Positions 43,197-53,661 of a DNA stretch of 64,000 bases are shown here, piece by piece. The notes under the pieces were generated by a model. It was not told the DNA's origin, ran no database searches, and saw only the letters and a program-made list of their open reading frames with translations. Position 1 is the stretch's first letter. Every line of letters starts with the position of its first letter. Location: positions 200,142 to 264,141 of the forward strand of contig JAXMNT010000004.1 in NCBI GenBank assembly GCA_034670305.1. Reading direction: 5' to 3'. Both the position numbers and the translations under genes were made by a program. The DNA comes from Deltaproteobacteria bacterium. GTDB lineage: Bacteria > Myxococcota_A > Polyangia > Polyangiales > Houyiibacteriaceae.

Positions 43197-46052
43197 ATGG
43201 ACGCTCCCGTCTGCCCAGCGTGTGGCTTCGAGAACCCCCGCGCTTGGCGCGCTTGCGCGAGCTGTGGCCGCGCCCTCGGCTCCGATGCCCGCCCCGTCAC
43301 CGTGACCGGGCATGGCCCGTCGGCCTCCGATCGAACCCAGGTCACCGCAGCCCCCGACTTCGATCCGAACGCGGGCTTCGCCGAAGAAGCGTTCGCCTCG
43401 ACCGAAGAGGTCGAGGTCGAGCTGGATCCGGCCGAAGAAGAGGGTCCTGGCGAGATCCCCCTCATCGGCCAGACGGCCGCCGCAGACGCCATCCAAACCG
43501 GCATCGAACGCGCGTTCACCGTCGGCGCGCCGACCTTGGTCGCGCTCGAAGGCGGACGCGGTTCGGGCCGCACCCGCCTGCTCATCTTCGCGAGCGAGAT
43601 CGCGGCGCGCATGGCCGACAAGGTCCGCGTGCAATACGCCGCCTGCCGCGAAGGCGGAGACGGCGCGTACGCGCCCTTCTCACGCATGTTGCTGGAGCGC
43701 TTCGGCGTGACGCCGGCGTCCTCGCCGAGCGCCGTGCGCGCGCAGATGACGACCACGGTGCGCAACGCGCTGCAGACCAGCGACGCGATCGAAGTGGGTC
43801 AGGTCACGCATCTGCTCGGTCACATGGCCGGCATCCCCTTTCCGGACAGCCCCTTCCTGACGCCGCTGCAGGACGACCCGGCGGAGCTCCATGCCCGCGC
43901 CATCCGCGCACTGGCCCGACTGACCGAGGGCGACGGGCAAGCGCGCCCGGTGCTGCTGCTTCTCGACAACATGCACTTCGCAGAAGACGCCGCTTGGGAT
44001 GTCGTCGAGGCACTCACCAAGACGGACGCCCACCTCGCGATCATCATCGCGGGCGGCCCCAACATCGCTGAGCGTGCCGAGGCCCTCGAGCCCGCCGGTG
44101 GTTTGGCGATTGGCCCCATCGCGCCGCTCTCCGAACAAGATGTGCATGCGACGTTGCACGTGCTCTTGCCGACCTTGGTGTCGGCGCCCGAGCCCCTCGT
44201 CGCCGCGGTCACGCACCGGACGAAAGGCAACCCGAGCGCGGTGCGCGAGCTTGTGTTCGCGCTCTGGGAGGCCGGGCTCTTTCTCCAGGGCCCGAACGGG
44301 CTCGAAGTCGACCTGCATCGTCTCGAGAGCGGCGACCTACCCGTCACGATGGAAGACGCGGTGCAAGCGCGCATCGCCCGACTCGACGCACTCGAACGCG
44401 CCACCCTCGATCGCGCCAGCGTGATCGGTGAGGTGTTCTGGGACGGTGCGATCCTCGGACAGATGCGTTCCGAGCGCACCTCGCCCGGAACCGAAGAAGA
44501 CCCGCTCAGCGTGTGGCCGGACGACGACGACGCCATGGCGCTCGCGCATGCGCTGCGTCGGCTCCAGGAAAAGGGATTCATCCTCGCCTCCGACAGCTCG
44601 GACTTGCCTGGCGCGCAGGAGTTCCAGTTCGCCCTGCAAGGCACCCGAGAGCTCGTGTACGACGCGCTCAACGAAGAGATCCGGATCAAGCGCCACGGTT
44701 CCGTTGCGCGCTGGCTCGCACTCGTAGGCACGCTTCGCCGAGAGGGCGTGGCCGCCATGATCGCACCGCACCTCGAGCGTGCGGGCGAGAAGGCCCGCGC
44801 CGGGCGCGCGTACCTCGAAGCGGCGGTGTACGAGCGTACCAACCTGCGCACCCGTCCGGCGTTGAAGTACATCGAGCGCGCGCTCGACCATCTCCCGAGC
44901 GAGGACATCGTGCGGCGAATCGAAGCGCTGCACGAACACGGCTCGCTGCTCGCGATGCTCGGCCGCAACGACGAAGCGGCCCGCGCGTTTGGCGAGATGC
45001 TCAAACTCGCGTGGCGGGTGGGCGCGCGTGGCAAAGGCGGCGCGGCGCTGAACCGCCTGGCGCGCGTCGAGCGGGCCCGGGGCGAAGAAGAGCGCGGACG
45101 TGCGCTGCTGAACCGCGCGCTCGAACTGTTTCGATCCGCGGCCGATCTCCGAGGGGTCGCTTCCACGCTCGACGACCTCGCCCAGATCGGGCTGCTTCGG
45201 GGCGAGACGGAAGAAGCAGTGAAGTTCGCCACCGAGGCGCTCGAGATCCGTCGGGCCCACGGCGACCAACGGGGCGAAGCGGTGTCGCTCACGACGCTTG
45301 GGCAGCTCGAGCTCCACCGCGGCAACCTCGACGCCGCCGAGCAGCTGCTTCGGCTCTCGCTCGACATCCGCCAGCGCATCGGCGACCGAGAAGGCATTCT
45401 CAAGACGCACAACGGTCTGGGTGTCGTCGCGTACCAGCGCGGCGACCGCGGTGCCGCCGTCCGAGCGTGGCGGGCCGCGCTCGAGCAGGCGAAAGAGATG
45501 GCCGACCGGCGCGCCGAGTGTTTCCTCTGGAACAACGTCGGAGAAGCGCGCCTCATGGATGGTGCCTTTGACGAAGCCGAGGTTGCGCTCGAACGCGCGC
45601 TGGAGCTCGCCGAGGACCACGGCGACAAACGCGCGCGGGCGGATGTGATGCGCAACCTCGGCATGCTCGCGATGCGACGCGGCGACGACGACGCGGGCTC
45701 ACGGATGGAGCGGGCCTTCGAAGCGGCCGAAGAGTACGGCGGCGCGCTGGCCCTCGGCCTGATGCACCGCGCGCTCGGGCAACTCCGCGCGCAGACCCTC
45801 TTCGACACCGACGGCGCGGGCGCCAGCCTCGCGGAAGAGAGTTTCCTCTCGAGCATCGATCTGTTCCGGCAGGTCGGAAACGAACACGAAGCCGCCCGAA
45901 CGCTCGTGGAGTTCGCGAAACACTTGGTGGAGCGCGGCGATGTGGATCAGGCCAAGGAGCGGCTGCGTGAAGCGCGCGCGACCTTCCGCCGCATGGGCTT
46001 GACCGAAGCAGCCATGACCACCGACGAGTCTCTCTCCGACCTCGGCGGGTGA
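43197..46052 (+). CDS. Zinc-ribbon, AAA/STAND-like ATPase and TPR protein
   Basis: CPACG...CASCG; GGRGSGRT; LLLLDNMH; GNP motif; long TPR array. Confidence 0.85.
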   Translation: MDAPVCPACGFENPRAWRACASCGRALGSDARPVTVTGHGPSASDRTQVTAAPDFDPNAGFAEEAFASTEEVEVELDPAEEEGPGEIPLIGQTAAADAIQTGIERAFTVGAPTLVALEGGRGSGRTRLLIFASEIAARMADKVRVQYAACREGGDGAYAPFSRMLLERFGVTPASSPSAVRAQMTTTVRNALQTSDAIEVGQVTHLLGHMAGIPFPDSPFLTPLQDDPAELHARAIRALARLTEGDGQARPVLLLLDNMHFAEDAAWDVVEALTKTDAHLAIIIAGGPNIAERAEALEPAGGLAIGPIAPLSEQDVHATLHVLLPTLVSAPEPLVAAVTHRTKGNPSAVRELVFALWEAGLFLQGPNGLEVDLHRLESGDLPVTMEDAVQARIARLDALERATLDRASVIGEVFWDGAILGQMRSERTSPGTEEDPLSVWPDDDDAMALAHALRRLQEKGFILASDSSDLPGAQEFQFALQGTRELVYDALNEEIRIKRHGSVARWLALVGTLRREGVAAMIAPHLERAGEKARAGRAYLEAAVYERTNLRTRPALKYIERALDHLPSEDIVRRIEALHEHGSLLAMLGRNDEAARAFGEMLKLAWRVGARGKGGAALNRLARVERARGEEERGRALLNRALELFRSAADLRGVASTLDDLAQIGLLRGETEEAVKFATEALEIRRAHGDQRGEAVSLTTLGQLELHRGNLDAAEQLLRLSLDIRQRIGDREGILKTHNGLGVVAYQRGDRGAAVRAWRAALEQAKEMADRRAECFLWNNVGEARLMDGAFDEAEVALERALELAEDHGDKRARADVMRNLGMLAMRRGDDDAGSRMERAFEAAEEYGGALALGLMHRALGQLRAQTLFDTDGAGASLAEESFLSSIDLFRQVGNEHEAARTLVEFAKHLVERGDVDQAKERLREARATFRRMGLTEAAMTTDESLSDLGG

Positions 46053-48019
46053 GCGCCGAACCGAAGCGGCGGCGCCTCCGGCTGGCCTCCAAAGCCGCCG
46101 CGCTGGTTCTCGGCGCCCTCCTCCTCGCCGCGGGACTCGCGGTGCACAGCGCACGCCTGAACGACAGGCTTCAATCCGCAGAGCCAAACGCCTTCGACGC
46201 GGATGCGTTCGTCGGAAGCGGCCAGTGCCGCCGATGCCACGAAGACCACTGGCAGTCTTGGCACGCGACCTTCCACCGCACGATGACCCAGGATGTGCAG
46301 GGCGAGACCACGGTGGTGTTGGGCCGCTTCGACGGAAGCGCGATCGACTACTTCGGCTGGCACGCGACGATGCGTGAAGAAGACGGCCAACCCCACATCG
46401 AGATCCACGCGCCCGACGGCACGACGACGCGCCATCTCGTCGAGCGCGCGGTGGGCTCGCGGCGCATGCAGCAGTACCTCACCCGGTCCGCCGAGCGGCC
46501 GGCCGAGTACGAGCGGCTGCCGATCGCGTGGCACGTGGAAGAGTCGCGGTGGATGCACATGAACGGCGCGTTCCTCACGCCCGACCCAGCGGAAGACGTC
46601 GCCTCGACCGAGGACTTTCACCGGCACGTCACCCGCTGGAACGACAACTGTGTGTTCTGCCACAACGTCGCGCCCAACCCAGGACGGCGGCCGGACGGCC
46701 ATTTCGAGACCGACGTCGCGGAGCTGGGCGTTGCGTGCGAGGCGTGCCACGGCGCGGGCGCCGTCCATGCGGAGCGCAACAGCGATCCGGTGCGCAGGTA
46801 CCTGCTGCACCTCTCAGAAGCGCACGACCCGACCATCGCCAACCCGGCGACCATGCCCGAAGGACGGCAAGCCGATGTGTGCGGCCGCTGTCATGGGCAG
46901 CGCCTCACCGACGACATCGATCGAACCCTCGCGCTCGGCGACCGCTTCGTCCCCGGACAAGACCTGGCCGTGCACAGCGAACCGCTCTGGCGCGACACCA
47001 CCCTCAACGGCGTAGACGGAGTGTTCGCGGCCCGCTTCTGGGAGGACGGCACCCCGCGACTGACCGCTTACGAGTACCAAGGACTCACCCAATCGGTGTG
47101 TGCGCAGCGCGCGCCGCTCAGCTGCACGACCTGCCACGGCATGCACGAGGGCGACCCCCGCGGCCAACTTCGACCGGCCGCCGCGGAAGCACCCGACACC
47201 ATGTGCAGCGACTGCCACGACGCCGACTCCCTGAGCGCCGGCCACGTCGCCCACGAAGCGCAGGCGCACGTCGACTGCATCGACTGCCACATGCCTCGCA
47301 TCGTCTACGGAATCATCGACGCCCACCGCAGCCACCGCATCGAGCGCCCCTCCCCCGCCCGCGCCGCCCGCTTCGCCCGCCCCGACCCCTGCACCCTCTG
47401 CCACACCACCCGCTCCCGAACCTGGGCCGAGCAAACCCAACAGGAGATGTGGGGCCCGGATCCGGAAGCGGCTTCGGCGTCGGCTTCGGCATCGGCTTCG
47501 GCTTCAGCTTCGGCGTCGGATTCGGATTCGGCTTCGGCTTCGGATTCAGCGTCAGCAACAGACTCCGCAGCAGACGCAGCAACAGCAACAGCCGCAGCAA
47601 CAGCCGCAGCCGCAGCAACAGCCGCAGCAACAGCCGCAGCAACAGACTCACCGCCAGCAACAGCCTCGGCCATCGCCTCCCTCCCCGAAGTCCACCGCGC
47701 CCTCCTCGGCGGCGACCCCATCGAACGCGCCCTCGCCGCCGCCGCACTCGGCCGCCGCCCCCAGTCCCCCGCCGACCGTGGCATGCTCGCGATGGTGCTC
47801 GCGCGCGACCCCTACCCGGCTGTCCGGCGCATCGCCTGGAGAAGTCTGCGTGCACCGCTGGGGCTCGAGTGGTCGGCGTTCGATCCCACCGGGACGCCCT
47901 CCGAGCGCGCCGCGCAAGTCCGCGCATTGCCCCTCGGCGAAGTCGCCGGCCCCGACCCCGTCCTCGCAGCGCAGCTTCGCTCCCACGCCTCCTCGCGCGC
48001 GATCGCGATCGGCGAATGA
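46049..48019 (+). CDS. Octaheme cytochrome c with C-terminal HEAT-like region
   Basis: Signal/TM plus 8 CxxCH: CRRCH, CVFCH, CEACH, CGRCH, CTTCH, CSDCH, CIDCH, CTLCH. Confidence 0.9.
   Translation: MSAEPKRRRLRLASKAAALVLGALLLAAGLAVHSARLNDRLQSAEPNAFDADAFVGSGQCRRCHEDHWQSWHATFHRTMTQDVQGETTVVLGRFDGSAIDYFGWHATMREEDGQPHIEIHAPDGTTTRHLVERAVGSRRMQQYLTRSAERPAEYERLPIAWHVEESRWMHMNGAFLTPDPAEDVASTEDFHRHVTRWNDNCVFCHNVAPNPGRRPDGHFETDVAELGVACEACHGAGAVHAERNSDPVRRYLLHLSEAHDPTIANPATMPEGRQADVCGRCHGQRLTDDIDRTLALGDRFVPGQDLAVHSEPLWRDTTLNGVDGVFAARFWEDGTPRLTAYEYQGLTQSVCAQRAPLSCTTCHGMHEGDPRGQLRPAAAEAPDTMCSDCHDADSLSAGHVAHEAQAHVDCIDCHMPRIVYGIIDAHRSHRIERPSPARAARFARPDPCTLCHTTRSRTWAEQTQQEMWGPDPEAASASASASASASASASDSDSASASDSASATDSAADAATATAAATAAAAATAAATAAATDSPPATASAIASLPEVHRALLGGDPIERALAAAALGRRPQSPADRGMLAMVLARDPYPAVRRIAWRSLRAPLGLEWSAFDPTGTPSERAAQVRALPLGEVAGPDPVLAAQLRSHASSRAIAIGE
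47468..47670 (+). repeat. (TCGGCT)n plus (GCAGCAACAGCC)n coding repeat (SA and A/T-rich linker)
   Basis: Visible directly, in frame in the cytochrome. Confidence 0.92.
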
Positions 48020-48429
48020 GCCTCCCGCCCCGGACCCGCACCGACCCGCACGCCAGGCGCACCCGTGCGTTCGCGTGGACGCTCGCGGCCGTCTCCGCGT
48101 CGTTCGGTCTGCTGCTCGAGTCGGCCCACGCGTTCAAGTGGTCGGACTACCTGGATGCACCGGTGGTGCGGCTGATGTTCACCCTCGCCCACGCCCACGG
48201 CCTCGGACTCGCACTCGTCGTGCTGGTGCATGCCCTGCAGTCGGATCCGCGTGGGCGGCGCGCTCTGGTGTTCGGCGCGGTGCTGATGCCGCTCGGATTC
48301 TTCGCGGGCGGGTTCGGCGTCTTCGAGAGCGACCCGGGCGTCGGGGTGATGCTCGCGCCGATCGGTGCGCTGTGCGTGCTGGTGGGTTTGTGGCAGTCGG
48401 TCTGGGCCGCGCTCCGTCCCCAGCCTTGA
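48016..48429 (+). CDS. Small integral membrane protein (137 aa)
   Basis: ATGA overlap with the cytochrome stop; four hydrophobic segments; LAHAHG and MPLGFF.GG motifs. Confidence 0.7.
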   Translation: MSLPPRTRTDPHARRTRAFAWTLAAVSASFGLLLESAHAFKWSDYLDAPVVRLMFTLAHAHGLGLALVVLVHALQSDPRGRRALVFGAVLMPLGFFAGGFGVFESDPGVGVMLAPIGALCVLVGLWQSVWAALRPQP

Positions 48430-48457
48430 ACCGTCCTCGAACGCCCAGACGGTCGGC

Positions 48458-49066
48458 TCAGATCCGGCGGCTCAACATCCGGTAGACCGGCAGCCCGTCT
48501 TCTTTCGCGCGGACCTCGCGGTTGCTCACGCAGCCGTAGGGGTTGTCCGTGAGGTTCGGCTCCGCGACCTCGAACGAGGGGTGGGCTTCGAGCGTCGCGC
48601 GGTAGATCGCGTGCCGAGAGGCCACATCGGTCTGGACATAGAGTTCGCCACCGCCGGGCATGAGGACCGCGAGCGCGTCGAGCAATGCGTCTCCGACCAC
48701 GCGGCGTTTCGTATGCCGCTTCTTCCACCAGGGGTCGGGGAAGTGCACGAACACGCGCTGCACCGACGACGTCGGACCGCAGCGGCTGAGCACCTCGCGC
48801 GCGTCGGCGGCCCAGATGACGACGCGATCGGAGAGCCCCTTCTTCTGGACCCGTTCGGCGACCTTGGTCGACCACTTGCTCTTGATCTCGATGCCGAGGA
48901 TCCGGCTCTCCGGCGCAACCTCTGCGCGGGTGAACACGCTCAAGCCGCGGCCGAATCCGATGTCGACCTCGAGCGGCCCGGTCCCCGGGATCACGAGGTC
49001 CAGATCCACGTCTCCGTCGGGCGGGCGGGGGGCCATGGCCCCGTAGCGAATGGGTGGGTCGGTCAT
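48458..49066 (-). CDS. trmB: tRNA (guanine-N7)-methyltransferase
   Basis: DIGFGRG, LGIEI, FPDPWWKKRH.KRR, QTD. Confidence 0.92.
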   Translation of the reverse strand: MTDPPIRYGAMAPRPPDGDVDLDLVIPGTGPLEVDIGFGRGLSVFTRAEVAPESRILGIEIKSKWSTKVAERVQKKGLSDRVVIWAADAREVLSRCGPTSSVQRVFVHFPDPWWKKRHTKRRVVGDALLDALAVLMPGGGELYVQTDVASRHAIYRATLEAHPSFEVAEPNLTDNPYGCVSNREVRAKEDGLPVYRMLSRRI

Positions 49067-49147
49067 CGGCGCGCGAGAACCTGTCGCCTCCCGCGCCGAT
49101 TCGCAAACCGCTCGCGCGGTTTCGCCGAAGCCAGGTAGCCTTAGCCC

Positions 49148-50101
49148 GTGGCCAAGACACCCGCCCTCCAGTTCACCGTCCCAAGGCATCCGAAATCGTC
49201 GTGGGGCGAACTGGTGCTGGGCATGACCGTCACCCCGAGCGGCGAAGTGTTCGTCGTTGGGGGACGTGGCAAGAACTTCATGCTGCACTCCCGCGACGGC
49301 TCGCGGTTCAAGACGCTGCGCATGTCGAAGGCAAACCTCGGCGGTGCGCGCGGGCTGCGAACGGTGAGCACGTTCGGCCGCGAGATCTGGATCAGCGGTG
49401 AGTGGGGACACATCGCTCGTTCGGTGGACGGCGGCCGCACGTTCAAGTCAGTGAAGACCCCCACCCGCAACTGCTGCTGGAGTTTGGTCCACGATGCCGA
49501 CGGAAACGTCTGGGGCACCGCCGACAACGGGTGGGTGGGCTACTGCACGGACAAGAAGAGTTGGCGTCCGGTCTCGCGCGGGATCCCGTGCTCGGACGAC
49601 GAGACCTGGAAGAACACGTACGGCATGCCCGGCGGCATCGCCTGGGCCGAGCCGAGCCCTCTTGGCGTGTTGCTCCCAGCGGGCAACCGCCTGCTGATCG
49701 GCAACGAAGCCGACGCTGTGCTCACCGGATTGGAGGCGAAAGGCAAACTCTCCAACGCCATCGTGACGAGCAACGGCTCGCTGGTCGCGGTGGGCCACGA
49801 CGGCGTCTACCGTTCGACCGATCGGGGCGAGACCTTTCAACAGAGCGACACGAACGCCAAGGGCCGCGCCCGCCGCCATCCGGTCCTCCACCGCATCCGC
49901 CAACTCAAAGACGTGCTCGTCGTCACCGGCGACAACCTCGTCATGGTCTCCACCGACGACGGAGAGACCTTCCGCCGGGTCAAACACCCGTTCTTCTCCA
50001 AGCAGAAGCCGAAGGAGGACTGGCTCTACGCACTCGGCGTCGTGAACGACAGCCTCCTCATCGGCGGCGACGGCGGCCTCCTGGGCCGCATCCGGCTCTA
50101 G
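49148..50101 (+). CDS. BNR/Asp-box beta-propeller protein
   Basis: Asp-boxes SRDGSRF, SVDGGRTF, STDRGETF, STDDGETF; no evident signal peptide. Confidence 0.8.
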   Translation: MAKTPALQFTVPRHPKSSWGELVLGMTVTPSGEVFVVGGRGKNFMLHSRDGSRFKTLRMSKANLGGARGLRTVSTFGREIWISGEWGHIARSVDGGRTFKSVKTPTRNCCWSLVHDADGNVWGTADNGWVGYCTDKKSWRPVSRGIPCSDDETWKNTYGMPGGIAWAEPSPLGVLLPAGNRLLIGNEADAVLTGLEAKGKLSNAIVTSNGSLVAVGHDGVYRSTDRGETFQQSDTNAKGRARRHPVLHRIRQLKDVLVVTGDNLVMVSTDDGETFRRVKHPFFSKQKPKEDWLYALGVVNDSLLIGGDGGLLGRIRL

Positions 50102-53100
50102 AGCGTGATCCCGATTTCGCTCGCGGCGTCTTCGAGTGCGGAGGATGCGTTCGGGAGGCCGCGGGAGGCGTGGTAGCAGTCGCGCAGGACCGCTTCGGCT
50201 TCTTCGGTGCGTCCGCCCATGTTCAAGAGGCGCGCGAGCGCGGCGGCTGCGACCGCGTGTCCGGGGTTGTGCCAGAGCGCGCGCCGGTAATGCCGCATGG
50301 CCAGCCCGTACACGCCGTGGCCGTTCGCTTCTTCGCCGTCGCGGGCCTGCCTCGACGCGCGCACCCGTTCCGCTCGGTAGCGCTGTTGCAGGTACTCCTC
50401 TGCCTTTTCCGTGTAGCCCGCTTCGAACGCGCACGCGGCGGCGCGGAAGGTCGCCTCTCGGTTCTCGAGCGCGCGTGGGTGGGCATCGACCGCTTCCATC
50501 ATCGCCGCGCAGTCGTTCGCGAGGAACGCGTTCGCCACCGCGACCATGCCGTCGTCGCGGCTGTTGTTCAGCCGCTCGGCCATCGCCAACGCGAGCCGTG
50601 CGCTGTGCCGGCTTGAGAGCCCGACGGCCGCGGTGAGGAACGGTTCGGCCGACGAGGGGTTCGCGCGGCCGGGGACCTCGAGGCTCTGCAGCAGATGCCA
50701 GTACATGTGCTCTGAGAAGCGCAGCTCGTCCGCCCGGTTCGCCAGCCGGCCGTCGCCGGGGAAGCGGTCGTACTGCGCGAGCGTGCCTCGGACGTCGCCG
50801 CGGTGCTCTTCGAGCACGCCGGTCACAAACGCACGTTCGACTTCGCTGAACTCCAGCGCGTCGAGCGCGGCGCGAATGCGTCGGTGGGTACGCCAGCGGA
50901 GTTTCGTGTAGATGGTTCGCTGGACGAAGAGGTCCGCGCGCATCTCGGACGGAATCGCCGCGAAGGTCTCCGCGCCCATCCAAGGCAAACTCTCGAGCGC
51001 CCGGTCCAGTTGGTCCTCGCTGATCGCGTCCCGGTGGGGAATGCGCGCGAGGTCGAACTCCAGCGACGGCCGATCGTCCACGATGATCGGCGCGTTGCCC
51101 GCGAAGATGCGGGCGCTGCCGCTGTCGAGTTCGAGACCGACCGCGAAGTCCACCAGATCGTCGAGCGCGAACGGCTGCAGGTACGGCCGCAGCTCTTCGG
51201 TCACGACACGCTCGGAGAACTGCTCATCGAAACGCAGCGGATGGTTGCTCGCGAGCAGGATGAAACTGGATGTCTCCACCACGTACGCCTGCACATGCTC
51301 GAACACGCTCAGCAGGGTCCGCACGATGCTGCGCAGGTGGGGGATGTCCATCCGGAAGAGGTTCGTCCAAAGCGCGAGCACGCCGCCGGGGGTCAACGCG
51401 CGGTCGCACTCCTGGAAGAACTCCTGCGTGTAAAGCGCGCTCGATCCTGCGAGCCACGGATGGCTCGGTTGGCTGACCACCGCGTCGTAGCTGTCTTCTT
51501 CCGCCAGCACGAGCTGCGCCCGCGCGTCGTCGACCACGAGATGCACCCGCGGGTCGTCGATCGGGAACGGCTTGTCGCGGCTGTCGTAGAGGTAGCGCGC
51601 CGCATCCACGACCGCGCCCTCGAGCTCGACCGCGTCGATGTGTTCCCACGGACCGCCCGTCATCACGGCGGCGGTGTGTCCCGCCCCGACCCCGATGACC
51701 ATCGCGCGGTTCCGCTCTTCCGCGAAGAGCGTGGGCAGGCTACCGAGCACCGCCAGTTCTTCGCCGAAGCCTGGGTCGTCCTGCCCGATGCCACTCTCCG
51801 GCCGGCCGTCGTTGAAGAGCCGCAACGTGCCTTCGCGATCGATGATGGTGACGGTCGTGTTCCGTCCTTCGCGCAAGAAGACGAGCGGGTCCCGCCAGCT
51901 TTCGTCCGGACCATACAAGAGCGCCTGATCCGGGTCGTACCAGGCGTCCAGCAGGTACGGGACGTGGAGGCTCGGGTGGATGACGATGACGAGGGCACCA
52001 AGAAGGATCGGAACGCCGATCGTCACCGCACGCCACACGAATCGTGCGCCGCGCGACCACGCCTCGAACGCCAGCAGCGCCGCAACGATGTGTACGAAGA
52101 GCACGCAGAGCAGGGAGAGCTCGATGCCCGTCGTCGACAACTCCGCCGGATGATCGTCGGCGAGCAGCGCGGAGAACCCCGGCACGAGAATGAAACCGGC
52201 GACCAGCGATCCGAGCAGTCCGCCCAGCGTGTTCGCCGCGAGGATGCGACCGCTGTACTGCGCCGCGTCTTCCGCGCCGCCTCCGGCGATGCGCCACGCC
52301 AGCGGGATCGAGGTGCCGAGCACGAGCGCGAGCGGGAAGAGGATGACGGCGCTGACCGCGAGGATCACCCAGGCTTCGTGGGGCACGAGCCAGGTCGATT
52401 CCTGGATCAGGATCAACATCCGAGGGGTCTGCGATCCCATCCAGAGCGCCACCGCTGTCAGCAGTGCCAAGAGCAACTGGGTCACCCCGAAGAGCCAACG
52501 CGCGTCGTGACCGCGCTTGAGCAGCCGCTCCGCGATCACGCTGCCGATCGCGATGCCCAGGAGGTAGTTCACGAGCATCGCGGCGAACGCCTGGGTCGTG
52601 CCTTGCACCACCATGCGCAACACCCGCGTCCAGAGCACTTCGCCGGCCAGCGATGCGAAGCCTGCGATCGCCGCGAGGGTCATCGCCAGCTTCACAGCGC
52701 TCGGGGCGCGTCCGGCAGGCCGTGCGCCCTCTTCTTCCTCCGGCTGGGTGATGCCGGCCGAACGCCAGACCGCGAGCACGATCGCGGCCGCGCCGAAGCT
52801 GCCGCCCGCGGCGACGATGACGCTCATCTGCGCGCCGTGGGTGGGGACGAGGTAGAGCCCGGTCACGCCGGCCCCGAGCACGGCGCCAAGGGTGTTGGTC
52901 GCGTAGAGCCAGGTCGCGCTCGACGACCACGACACACCGCGCTGGGCGACGGCCGCGACGAGCACCGGCAGGGTGGCGCCCATCATCAGCGTGGGCGGAA
53001 GCAGGATCAGCACCGCCAGCAAAAAACGGATCGACGTCAACACGCCGAACGACGCCCCTTGGCCGACCGACGCGTACAGGTGGTGCACGTTCGGCACGAG

Positions 53101-53373
53101 CAGCAGCGACAGCAGCGCCCACAGACCGATGATCGCTTCCAGCGCCGCGTACGCGAGGGCGGGGCGGGCGAGCTTCTTCGCCCAGCGGGCCGCGAGCGCC
53201 GATCCGACCCCGAGCCCCAGGAAGAAGGTCGCGAGTACCGTGGCGTTCGCGAGGTCGCTCACGCCGAACACCCGCTGCAGCATGCGTCCCCAGGTCGACT
53301 GGTAGACGAGGCTGGCACTTCCGCTGAGCAGAAGGGCGACGTAGAGGGTGGAAACTCGAAGGGAATCAGCCAA
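50098..53373 (-). CDS. Fused MFS-like/spermidine-synthase-like membrane protein with TPR tail
   Basis: SG..SLVYQ..W.R, LMMGATLP, LYATNTLGA repeats; VIGVGAGHT, VELE, DDAR, YDAVVSQPSHPW. Confidence 0.9.
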   Translation of the reverse strand: MADSLRVSTLYVALLLSGSASLVYQSTWGRMLQRVFGVSDLANATVLATFFLGLGVGSALAARWAKKLARPALAYAALEAIIGLWALLSLLLVPNVHHLYASVGQGASFGVLTSIRFLLAVLILLPPTLMMGATLPVLVAAVAQRGVSWSSSATWLYATNTLGAVLGAGVTGLYLVPTHGAQMSVIVAAGGSFGAAAIVLAVWRSAGITQPEEEEGARPAGRAPSAVKLAMTLAAIAGFASLAGEVLWTRVLRMVVQGTTQAFAAMLVNYLLGIAIGSVIAERLLKRGHDARWLFGVTQLLLALLTAVALWMGSQTPRMLILIQESTWLVPHEAWVILAVSAVILFPLALVLGTSIPLAWRIAGGGAEDAAQYSGRILAANTLGGLLGSLVAGFILVPGFSALLADDHPAELSTTGIELSLLCVLFVHIVAALLAFEAWSRGARFVWRAVTIGVPILLGALVIVIHPSLHVPYLLDAWYDPDQALLYGPDESWRDPLVFLREGRNTTVTIIDREGTLRLFNDGRPESGIGQDDPGFGEELAVLGSLPTLFAEERNRAMVIGVGAGHTAAVMTGGPWEHIDAVELEGAVVDAARYLYDSRDKPFPIDDPRVHLVVDDARAQLVLAEEDSYDAVVSQPSHPWLAGSSALYTQEFFQECDRALTPGGVLALWTNLFRMDIPHLRSIVRTLLSVFEHVQAYVVETSSFILLASNHPLRFDEQFSERVVTEELRPYLQPFALDDLVDFAVGLELDSGSARIFAGNAPIIVDDRPSLEFDLARIPHRDAISEDQLDRALESLPWMGAETFAAIPSEMRADLFVQRTIYTKLRWRTHRRIRAALDALEFSEVERAFVTGVLEEHRGDVRGTLAQYDRFPGDGRLANRADELRFSEHMYWHLLQSLEVPGRANPSSAEPFLTAAVGLSSRHSARLALAMAERLNNSRDDGMVAVANAFLANDCAAMMEAVDAHPRALENREATFRAAACAFEAGYTEKAEEYLQQRYRAERVRASRQARDGEEANGHGVYGLAMRHYRRALWHNPGHAVAAAALARLLNMGGRTEEAEAVLRDCYHASRGLPNASSALEDAASEIGITL

Positions 53374-53661
53374 AGCGGGTGGACCTTACAAGCTTTTCTC
53401 GGGACTTCACGTCATCTTCCTTCGATCGCACGGGTTTGGGCCCAGCGGCCACTCGGAACAGGGCCGAAACCAGTGCTGTCCCTCCGAAACGCAGTCGCTG
53501 AGCAAGGTCGGACCCCGGTGGGCACCGCTGTCTTGGAGTCGGGCCCCGCTGGACGCTCGCAACTAACTCCGCAAGATCTTGACGCTTTGCGACCATAGGG
53601 GGTATTCCAGATCCGCGTTCGAGTCCGTTCACGCGGACCAAACCAAACGCGGGAGGCGTGT

